Made by a program: the position numbers and the translations under genes
Source: Planctomycetota bacterium
GTDB lineage: Bacteria; Planctomycetota; J058
NCBI GenBank assembly: GCA_023954375.1
Contig: JAMLIC010000019.1
Span: 20,739-84,738, forward strand
Reading direction: 5' to 3'
Length of the DNA: 64,000 nt
The notes under the pieces: generated by a model
The model's input: only the letters and a program-made list of their open reading frames with translations
What the model was told of the DNA's origin: nothing
The model's database searches: none
In this document: positions 57,138-64,000 of the stretch, piece by piece
How positions within the stretch are numbered: position 1 is the first letter of the stretch
Layout of the letters: every line of letters starts with the position of its first letter

Positions 57138-57280
57138 TCGCCTTCGCTTCGCGGTGCTCGGCGCGGCAGAGCCGCGCCTGCGCCCGCTCGCGCCGGGCCC
57201 TTCGGGCCCGAGCCGCCATGATACCGGCCCCCTGCGGACGGGCCCGCCGGCATGCCGATACGACCGGGAGAGGAGGAGCC

Positions 57281-58321
57281 ATGAAGCCCTACTGGCGCGC
57301 GGAGTCGAGGCGGTTCGAGGCGTTCGAGGCCACCCACGGCTGGATCGAGAGCCGGGTGGGCGAGGCCTGGCTCGAGCGGAGCGCCCCCGTGGTCGAGGCC
57401 CCGCGCCTGCGGGTGCTCGCCGCGGCGCCGCCGCCCGCCCCCGCGTTCGACGCGGGCCGCTTCGCCCGGGCCTTCGAGGGCGCCCTGGCGGCGAGCGACG
57501 CCGCGCTGGCCGCCCTGGCGCGCTGCGGGGCCTGGTCGATCTCGCGCGGGTTCCGCTGCGGGGGCGAGCGCCCCGCCGCGCCCTGGTGCGGGTCGCCCCT
57601 GTGCGCGCCGTGCGCCGAGGCCCGCGGCCGCGAGGCCGCCCGCGCCGCGCGCGAGGCCTGGCCCGCCACGATCCTGGTCGCCGACGTGCCGCTCGGCCCG
57701 CCGGGCCGCCAGAAGCTCCCGACGGCCGAGGAGGTCGTCCGCGCCCGCGACGGCTTCGCCCGCGCCGCGCGGCGCCTCGACGTCGAGGGCCTGGCGCGCG
57801 CGGTCGTCACGCCGGACGGGGTGCGCCTCTTCGCCCCCGCCCCGGCCAGCGAGGCCCTGACCGCCGGCGCCCTGGAGCGCCTCCTGCGCCAGGGCGGCCT
57901 GGCCGAGGCGACCGTCGCCGCGGTCGGTCGCGACGAGGCCGCCGCCCGCCTGGAGGACGCGCTGACGCTCGAGGCGCGCCGCTTCCGCGACGCCGTGACG
58001 TTCGACCAGCGCCAGGGCGACGACGCGCGCTTCGCCGCGCGCTGGGTGGCCCAGGCCCGCGCGCGCCAGCGCGAGGCGCGCCGCGCCGTCGTGGCCGGCG
58101 GCAAGGGCGCCCTGCCGGTGCCCTCGGGCGTCGGGACGGCCCCCGCGGCCTGCCCCGCGCACGGCGCCGGCTGCGCCGAGGCGGCGGCGATCGTGCGCGA
58201 CGCCGCGGGCCAGGTCGCCCACCGCGCGGCGCCGCTCGGCGCGCGCCCGACGCGCCAGGCGTTCGTGCGGCTGTGCGAGGCGGCCGCCGCCGGGCGCGGC
58301 GAGGCGCGGCGCGCGGGTTGA
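57281..58321 (+). CDS. Hypothetical 346-aa protein with Cys clusters
   Basis: ATG 57281 follows GGGAGAGGAGGAG. This is only the last part of the 2384-aa ORF 51167-58321. RCG...RCGGERPAAPWCGSPLCAPC and ACPAHGAGC clusters are present. No family recognised. Confidence 0.55.
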   Translation: MKPYWRAESRRFEAFEATHGWIESRVGEAWLERSAPVVEAPRLRVLAAAPPPAPAFDAGRFARAFEGALAASDAALAALARCGAWSISRGFRCGGERPAAPWCGSPLCAPCAEARGREAARAAREAWPATILVADVPLGPPGRQKLPTAEEVVRARDGFARAARRLDVEGLARAVVTPDGVRLFAPAPASEALTAGALERLLRQGGLAEATVAAVGRDEAAARLEDALTLEARRFRDAVTFDQRQGDDARFAARWVAQARARQREARRAVVAGGKGALPVPSGVGTAPAACPAHGAGCAEAAAIVRDAAGQVAHRAAPLGARPTRQAFVRLCEAAAAGRGEARRAG

Positions 58322-58602
58322 TCAGCGGCCTCGCGCCGGCGGGTCGACGCCCAGCACCCGGGCGAGCGGGCCGTCGGCGCGGGCCAGCCGCGACCACCCT
58401 GGCGTGACGCCTCGCGCGAGCCGCGCGTGGAGGACGCCGCGCAGGGAGACGTCGACCTCGTCGAGTCCCCGCCAGACGACGTCGAGGTCCGTCGGGCGGG
58501 TGACGGGCGGGAGGTCCTTCGCACGAGGCAGGCGCCCGGACCGGAGCTCCTCGCGAGAGCCGTCGGTCGCCGAGCCGAACGCGCCTGTCGACGACCGAGC
58601 CG

Positions 58603-59910
58603 CTACGCCGACCGGGCTCCGGGCTCCACCTGCTCGACGCCGCGCCCGACCAGGCCGTCGCCGACGACCCGCAGCGCCTCGACCGTGAGCGCCTCGACCG
58701 TGCGCTCGTCGCCCCGCGCGGCGAGCCGCTCGCCGGCCCGACGCACGAGCTCGCGCGCCTCGGCCTTGGTGCACTGGAGACCGACGAGCGCCAGCGCCGC
58801 CACGCGCGCCGGCTCGTCCTCCGTCGCGGGCGGCGTGCCCACACGGGTCGCGGGCCGGGGCGTCCCGCCCGTGAGCTCCGTCCCGTCGGCGAGGAAGAAG
58901 CGGAAGCCGACCTTCGCGTCGCCGCGAATCTCGAGGAACCCGACGTGGCGGTCAGGGTGGTGGCGATCGCAGAGAAGGCACATGCGGTCCGGATCGTGGC
59001 CGGTGACCGCGCGGCCGGGCTCGTGGTGCACGTGGAGGTCTCCCTGCCGGCCGCAGCCCGGGACCTTGCACACGCCCCGGTCGCGGTCGAAGACCAGGCG
59101 CCGCACGCGCTCGGGGATCGCCTTCGTCACCTTCCCGGTGCCCGTGCGCAGGTCGTGCACCTCGGCGTCGCTCGTCGCCGCCGCCTCGGACGTCGACGAC
59201 AGCGGCACGGGCCCCTCGCGCCCCTGGAGCGTCGCCGGCGCGCCGCACTCGCACTTGTGGAGCACGATCCGGTAGGCCGGCCCCGCGCGGCCTCCACGCC
59301 GGGCCACGTCCTCGGCGTAGCCCCGGCACACGACCTCGAGCGCTTCCTCGTCGGTGAGCGGCCGGTCGCTGTTCTGGCGCGCCAGGCGCAGGGCCTCCTC
59401 GAGCCACGCGGCCTGCTCCTTCGTCTGCTTGATCGTCCGGCGCACGGGCGCCGGCTCGCCCTTCGCCTCGGCGACCAGCACCTCGAGCTGACGGCTCGTG
59501 CGCGACTGCGCCCGCTCGAGCCAGAAGGCCTCCGTCTCCACCGTTGCCACCCGCGCGACCGTGCGCGCCTTCGTCCAGGCGACCTCGCCCTCGCGGAAGG
59601 CGACGCGCAGGCGCGGCAGGCGCTCGAGCTCGCGCGCGAGCGCGATCAGCTCGCGCGCCTTGCGGTCCGACGAGACGAAGCCGCGCGCGACGGCGTACTG
59701 CCCGATCCGCGCATGACCGAGCGAGCGGTGCACCTCGCGCCGCTCCGCGTGCGAGAGGAGGTACGCCAGCTCGGCCGTGGCCTTCCGCTCGCGGCGGGCC
59801 ACGAGGCCGAGCTGGACGTCGATCCGCCGCGCCTCGTCGAGTCGCGCCTCGAGGTCGGCCTCGGGGAGCGGATGGGACGAGGCGGAGCCTCTGCGCGAGG
59901 TCGCCTTCAC
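58603..59910 (-). CDS. HNH endonuclease with a DUF222-like N-terminal domain
   Basis: GTG 59910 lies 4 nt after AGGAGG (Val28 of ORF 58603-59991). HNH region: CKVPGCGRQGDLHVHHEPG...LLCDRHHPDRH. Confidence 0.8.
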   Translation of the reverse strand: MKATSRRGSASSHPLPEADLEARLDEARRIDVQLGLVARRERKATAELAYLLSHAERREVHRSLGHARIGQYAVARGFVSSDRKARELIALARELERLPRLRVAFREGEVAWTKARTVARVATVETEAFWLERAQSRTSRQLEVLVAEAKGEPAPVRRTIKQTKEQAAWLEEALRLARQNSDRPLTDEEALEVVCRGYAEDVARRGGRAGPAYRIVLHKCECGAPATLQGREGPVPLSSTSEAAATSDAEVHDLRTGTGKVTKAIPERVRRLVFDRDRGVCKVPGCGRQGDLHVHHEPGRAVTGHDPDRMCLLCDRHHPDRHVGFLEIRGDAKVGFRFFLADGTELTGGTPRPATRVGTPPATEDEPARVAALALVGLQCTKAEARELVRRAGERLAARGDERTVEALTVEALRVVGDGLVGRGVEQVEPGARSA

Positions 59911-59995
59911 GGGGCCTCCTGTGAGCTGGTTGGTGTGGTTCTCGGGAGCGGGCAGGCAGCCCCGGCCGATCGGCCTGGCGCGCCACGCCAACGCC

Positions 59996-60060
59996 CAAGA
60001 ATATCGGACATTGCATCACATTGCGAGTTTCAAATGTGTGCATTATGTGGCTCGTCATGA
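59996..60060. other. AT-rich patch (far below the local GC level) with short direct and inverted repeats; possible promoter or leader
   Basis: CAAGAATATCGGACATTGCATCACATTGCGAGTTTCAAATGTGTGCATTATGTGG. ACATTGC occurs twice. A candidate TTGCGA-17-TATGTG (60021-60049) points toward the tandem array. Confidence 0.35.
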
Positions 60061-60087
60061 CGGGCCGTGGCCGCGCGGCCCGCGACC

Positions 60088-60830
60088 GTGCTCAGGCGTT
60101 GGTGCGGCCATCGACGCTGCAACGCCGGGGGGGTGACGGCGCCCCTCGTGCTCACGGGCGCCAGCCTGCCCCCGCCTTCGTCGACGAACCGCCGGCGACG
60201 TCCACCCCGAGGACGTGCTCACGAGCACGAGCCTGCCCCCGTCTTCGTCGACGAACCGCCGGCAACGTCCACCCCGAGGGCGTGCTCACGGGCACCGGCC
60301 TGCCCCCGCCTTCGTCGGCGAACCGGCGAACCGCCGGCGACGTCCACCCCGAGGGCGTGCTCACGGGCACCGGCCTACTCCCGCCCTCGTCGACGAAGTG
60401 CCGGCGGCGCGTCCAGCCACGGCGGCGTGCTCACGGGCATGAGCCTGCCTCCGCCCTCGTCGGCGAACGCGCTGCGACGTCCACCCAGGACGGCGTGCTC
60501 GAACCATCGGCGACGTCCACCCCGAAGGACGTGCTCACGGGCGCCAGCCTGCCCCCATCGTCGTCGACGAAACCGCCGGCGACGCCCACCCCGAGGACGT
60601 GCTCACGGGCACCGGCCTGCCCCAGCCCTCGTCGACGAAGCGTCAGCGACGTCCACCACGAGGCCGCGCTCATGGGCACGAGCCGGCCCCGCCTTCGTCG
60701 ACGAACCGCTGGGGCCGGTCTCCGCCGCGATCGTGCTCATGGGAACCAGCCTCCCCCGCGCTCGTCGACGACCCGGCAGCGGTCCACCCGCGCGACCCAG
60801 CTCACGAGGCGGTGGGCGACGGCCGCTCGC
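60088..60830. repeat. About 11 tandem copies of a ~67-bp unit (minisatellite), non-coding
   Basis: Units start at 60088, 60148, 60215, 60282, 60357, 60427, 60495 (36-nt deleted unit), 60531, 60599, 60666 and 60733. The unit is GTGCTCACGGGC..CCTGCCCCCGCCTTCGTCGACGAACCGCCGGCGACGTCCACCCCGAGGAC. Unit lengths of 60-75 nt are not multiples of 3. Confidence 0.9.
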
Positions 60831-60847
60831 GGCGTAGCATTACCCCC

Positions 60848-62572
60848 GTGCCCTGGCACGACCTCCTCCACCTCCTCCACCACGAGGGCCCCGCCGGCGC
60901 GCGGCGCCGGCTGCGTCGGCGCCTGGCCGGCGGGCAGGCCGACGTCCTGCGTGACTACCCGCGCTGGCTCGCGGCGGGCGAGCCGCGCGCCGCCCGGGGG
61001 CCGGGCGACGGGCTCCTCGTCAGCGTGGTCACGCCGGTCCGCGACCCGCCGCCCTGGGCCCTGCGAGCGCTCGTCGAGTCGCTGCGCGCGCAGACGCACG
61101 CGCGCTGGGAGCTGTGCCTGGCCGACGACGCGTCCGACGACCGGCGCGTCCGCGCGGCGCTCGTGGACGCCTGCCGCGACGACCGCGTGCGCCTGGCGCG
61201 GCACGCGTCCCCGCGAGGGATCGCCGCGGCGACGAACCTGGCCCTGTCCCTCGCGTCGGGGGAGCTGATCGCGTTCGTCGACCACGACGACCTGCTCGCG
61301 CCCGACGCCCTGCGGCGCCTGGCGAACGCCCTCGCGGGCGACCCCGCCGCAGGCTTCGCCTTCTGCGACGAGGACAAGCTGGACGCGCGCGGGCGGCGCC
61401 GCGCGCCGTTCTTCAAGCCGGCCCTCGACGCGACGCTCCTCCTGCGCATGAACGCCGTGTCGCATCTCCTCGTCGCCCGTCACGACCTCGTGCGCCGGGT
61501 GGGCGGGCTCCGGCCGGGGCTCGACGGCGCGCAGGACCACGACCTGGTCCTCCGCCTCGCCGAGGCGGCGACCCGCGCCCTGCACGTGCCCCACGTCCTC
61601 TACCACTGGCGGGCCCTGCCCGGCTCGACGGCGCGCTCCGCCGCGGCCAAGCCGGGGGCGCACGCGGCCGGGCGCCGCGCCGTCGCGGACGCCCTGCGCC
61701 GGCGCGGGGTCGCCGGCACCGTGGCGCCGGGCGAGTGGCTCGGCAGCCACCGCGTGACGCTCGCCCCGGCGGTCGACCCCGGCGAGGTCAGCGTCGTGTG
61801 CGACGCCGAGGCCCCGCCGCCGTGGCTGCGGGGAGCCGGGGCGGGCGAGGTCCTCGCGGGCGCCGGCGGCCTCACCGCCGGCCGCGCCGCGCTGGCCGCC
61901 CGGGCGCGCGGGCGGTTCGTGCTCCTCGTCGGTCCGGTCACCCCGCGCGGGTGCGCGCGCGCCTGGCTCGAGGCGCTCCTGGGCGAGGCCGCCCTGCCCG
62001 GGGTCGGCGTCGTCGCGCCGCAGGTCGTCTGCGAGGGGCGGGTCGTCGAGCAGGGGCTGCTCCTCGGGCACGGGCCGCACGCCGCCGCGGGCCCGCTCGA
62101 GCCGGGCGCGCCCGAGGACGACCTGGGCTACTTCGGCCTCGGCGCCGTCCCGCGCACCGTCGCCGCCGCGAGCGGCCTGGCGCTCCTCGTCGCGCGCGAG
62201 GCCCTCGAGGCCGCCGGCGGCCTGGACGCGGCGGCCTTCCCGTCCGCCGGCCCCGCCGGCGCGGACCTGTGCCTGCGCGCCGCGCGCGCCGGCCTGCGCA
62301 CGGTCGTCACCCCCGCCGCGCCGGCGCGCCTCGACCCGACCGCGCGCGCCCGCCACGACCTCGCGCTGGGCGCCGCGCGGACGGCCCTGCGCGGGCGCGC
62401 GGCCCTGGCGCCCGACGACCCCTGGAGCCACCCCGCGTTCGCCCGCGGGACGGCGCGGCTGCGCCTGGCCGACCGCCCGGTCGACGCGCCCCCGCGCGCG
62501 ATCGACCCGCGCACCGGGGCGTGGTGGGGCTACTCCACCCCCGCCCCCGGCACGATCCGCTCCAGCAGGTAG
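60848..62572 (+). CDS. GT2-family glycosyltransferase (two-domain)
   Basis: GTG 60848, in frame with ORF 60599-62572. VSVVTPVRDPP...WELCLADDASDD...AFVDHDDLLAPDAL (the DxD region). Confidence 0.85.
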   Translation: MPWHDLLHLLHHEGPAGARRRLRRRLAGGQADVLRDYPRWLAAGEPRAARGPGDGLLVSVVTPVRDPPPWALRALVESLRAQTHARWELCLADDASDDRRVRAALVDACRDDRVRLARHASPRGIAAATNLALSLASGELIAFVDHDDLLAPDALRRLANALAGDPAAGFAFCDEDKLDARGRRRAPFFKPALDATLLLRMNAVSHLLVARHDLVRRVGGLRPGLDGAQDHDLVLRLAEAATRALHVPHVLYHWRALPGSTARSAAAKPGAHAAGRRAVADALRRRGVAGTVAPGEWLGSHRVTLAPAVDPGEVSVVCDAEAPPPWLRGAGAGEVLAGAGGLTAGRAALAARARGRFVLLVGPVTPRGCARAWLEALLGEAALPGVGVVAPQVVCEGRVVEQGLLLGHGPHAAAGPLEPGAPEDDLGYFGLGAVPRTVAAASGLALLVAREALEAAGGLDAAAFPSAGPAGADLCLRAARAGLRTVVTPAAPARLDPTARARHDLALGAARTALRGRAALAPDDPWSHPAFARGTARLRLADRPVDAPPRAIDPRTGAWWGYSTPAPGTIRSSR

Positions 62573-63645
62573 CGCAGGCGCGGCTCGTCGGCGAGCGGGT
62601 TCACACTCACGTGCAGCCCCTCGTGCGCGCCGCCCGCGGCCGACTGCACCTGGAAGATCGTCAGGAGCGACCAGCGCCGCCCCACCGAGAAGGTGTCGGT
62701 CAGCGGGTCGTAGGCCGCGTCGGTCGCGTGGTGGAAGAGGAGGTCCAGCGGCAGGAGCCCGAAGTGCGACCGCACGTGGTTGGCCTGGTAGCCCCACAGG
62801 AGCAGGAGCCCGGAGTCGCGCGGCGCGCGCGGCGGCGCGAGCTCGAGCGCGGCGCTGCGCCCGTCGGGCCGGCGCACGGTGGTCAGGCGCGCCGCGGGGT
62901 CGCGGTCGAGCGCGGCCCGGAGCTGCTCGGCCACGGGCGCCAGCTCGGGCGGGATGTTCCCCAGGCGCAGGTCGAACAGGCCCTCGTCGTTGTCGATCAC
63001 GTCGAGCGGGCGCAGCCCGGCGACGGCCGCCGGCGAGCCGGCCTCGACCCGGACGACGAGGTAGTCCTCGGCGCTGGCCTCGGCCGGCAGGCGCGAGGCC
63101 GGCCAGTCGTCGAGCCGGACCACCTCGGCCCCGAGCCCGGCCGCGAGCGCCGGCGCCCACGGGCGGGTGGCGACGAGCGTCGGCTGGCGCAGGGGCTGGC
63201 GGACGAACACCTCGCGGTCGCCGCGGCGCACGCGCAGGCCGAGCTCGAGCCCCTCGACGGCGGCGAGGCCCCGCAGGTCGTCGAGGTCCGTGACCTCGAT
63301 CCCCGGCGCGCCCTCGACCCGCAGCTCCGCCGGCAGCCACGGCGCCAGCGGGCGCGCCTCGAGGAGCACGTCGCCGGGCTCGAGCCCGACGACGTGGCCC
63401 TCGGTCTCGGCGCGCAGGTCGGCCACCGTCAGCCCGCCGTCGCGCCGCTCGAGGGTCACGCCGAGCGCGGCCTCGATGTCGTCGGGCGCGTGCCCGAGCA
63501 CGAGGCCGCCGCCCTCGTCGACGTCGAGGCGCTGGCCGCCGCGCGTGAGCAGCCAGCCCGTCGCCGGCAAGGACGACGTGTCGCCGGGCCGCACGTAGGC
63601 GTAGCAGCCGGCGACGAGCGGCAGGAGGAGCAGGAGGGACCTCAC
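62530..63645 (-). CDS. Lipoprotein with PDZ-like segments
   Basis: GTG 63645 is in a GTGA overlap with the upstream stop. Lipobox LVAGC. GLEPGDVLLEA and GSPAAVAGLRPLDVI are PDZ-like. Confidence 0.7.
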   Translation of the reverse strand: MRSLLLLLPLVAGCYAYVRPGDTSSLPATGWLLTRGGQRLDVDEGGGLVLGHAPDDIEAALGVTLERRDGGLTVADLRAETEGHVVGLEPGDVLLEARPLAPWLPAELRVEGAPGIEVTDLDDLRGLAAVEGLELGLRVRRGDREVFVRQPLRQPTLVATRPWAPALAAGLGAEVVRLDDWPASRLPAEASAEDYLVVRVEAGSPAAVAGLRPLDVIDNDEGLFDLRLGNIPPELAPVAEQLRAALDRDPAARLTTVRRPDGRSAALELAPPRAPRDSGLLLLWGYQANHVRSHFGLLPLDLLFHHATDAAYDPLTDTFSVGRRWSLLTIFQVQSAAGGAHEGLHVSVNPLADEPRLRYLLERIVPGAGVE

Positions 63646-64000
63646 GCGCCACCCCCGCGCGGCGTCAGGTCGTCGCCGAACGAGAGCACCCAGAAGAGGC
63701 GGAAGCGGCCCCGCTCCTCGCCCGTCTGCAGGTCGACGTCCGACTCCCAGAGGAACATGTTGAGCAGCGCCCCCCACTCGAAGCGGCGCCCGAAGCGCGA
63801 GCGCGAGCCCACGGCCAGCTCCTGGTCGATCGGCGGGAAGGGCGACGCGGCGGGGTCGGGCGCGCCGGGCCGGACGGCCCAGTGCTCGAGCGCGCTGCGG
63901 TAGTAGAACAGCGCGTCGAGGGGGCCGAGGCCGAGCGCGTGCCCCGAGCCGCTCGACTGCCGCTCGACCAGCAGCGGCACGCGGAAGCCGCCCGAGGCGA
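63642..64000 (-). CDS. Hypothetical protein, C-terminal part (the gene continues beyond the window end)
   Basis: The frame stays open to position 64000. The C-terminus reads ...FEWGALLNMFLWESDVDLQTGEERGRFRLFWVLSFGDDLTPRGGGA. It is coupled to the downstream lipoprotein gene. Confidence 0.5.
   Translation of the reverse strand, partial: ASGGFRVPLLVERQSSGSGHALGLGPLDALFYYRSALEHWAVRPGAPDPAASPFPPIDQELAVGSRSRFGRRFEWGALLNMFLWESDVDLQTGEERGRFRLFWVLSFGDDLTPRGGGA

Noticed and set aside
51167-58321. 2384-aa + strand ORF
   Set aside because: This is a typical open frame of GC-rich DNA. It runs out of frame through the double-FHA gene and antisense through the RNase II-family and TolB-like genes. Only the last 346 codons (from ATG 57281, which has a strong RBS) look like a gene.
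58322-58774. 150-aa minus-strand ORF between the Cys-cluster gene and the HNH gene
   Set aside because: Its upstream part overlaps the HNH 3' end and is Arg/Gly junk. The protein-like C-terminal part (58322-58602) has no ATG/GTG/TTG start after the HNH stop. I treat it as a possible gene remnant only.
60088-60830. CRISPR array (~67-bp period, with an AT-rich leader-like patch upstream)
   Set aside because: The segments that would be spacers are homologous to one another (for example CCGCCGGCGACGTCCACCCCGAGGAC recurs with point changes), so the whole 67-bp unit repeats. There are no unique spacers and no cas genes in the window. The neighbouring HNH protein is a DUF222 type, not Cas9-like.
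60021-61268. ORFs 60021-61268, 60067-60837 and 60215-60442 as repeat-containing proteins
   Set aside because: The unit lengths (60-75 nt, mostly 67) are not multiples of 3, so the same motif appears in all three frames. This is inconsistent with a coding repeat.

Overview
This is a 64-kb, very GC-rich bacterial chromosomal segment (roughly 70-75% G+C by eye, not computed). Its gene content looks Myxococcota-like: Hanks-type Ser/Thr kinases, FHA, Sel1/TPR proteins, many lipoproteins, frequent GTG starts and 1-4 nt start/stop overlaps. I call about 50 protein genes. In order they are: an RND efflux pair; phosphoesterases and hydrolases; a YfhO-like membrane protein; two tandem Ser/Thr-kinase paralogues plus a decayed third copy; a Ski2-like helicase; a LysR regulator; GlgX; a Cys-rich DUF326 protein; an orphan ftsL-ftsI module; a third intact kinase; a GldA/F/G-like ABC system; two tandem GAPDH paralogues; a ~15-kb Tad/Flp-type locus (38.5-53.3 kb); an RNase II-family enzyme; a TolB-like protein; an HNH/DUF222 gene; a GT2 glycosyltransferase; and a PDZ lipoprotein. 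I recognised no rRNA, tRNA, true CRISPR array, transposase or integrase. The main hunt result is that the Tad locus is atypical. It has four FHA modules in three proteins, including an FHA-CpaF fusion. It has three Flp-type pilins, one an unlisted 53-aa ORF and one with a long C-terminal extension behind a sigma54-type promoter. Its prepilin peptidase has Glu in place of the second catalytic Asp. No secretin, TadZ or TadD lies in cis. This may make it a Kil-like contact machine. Other notable signals are a (TC)29 microsatellite, a perfect 28-bp inverted repeat built from 9-mers, and about 11 tandem ~67-bp units with a conserved palindromic core next to an AT-rich patch and an HNH gene. All family assignments come from reading motifs by eye; no database search or computation was run.
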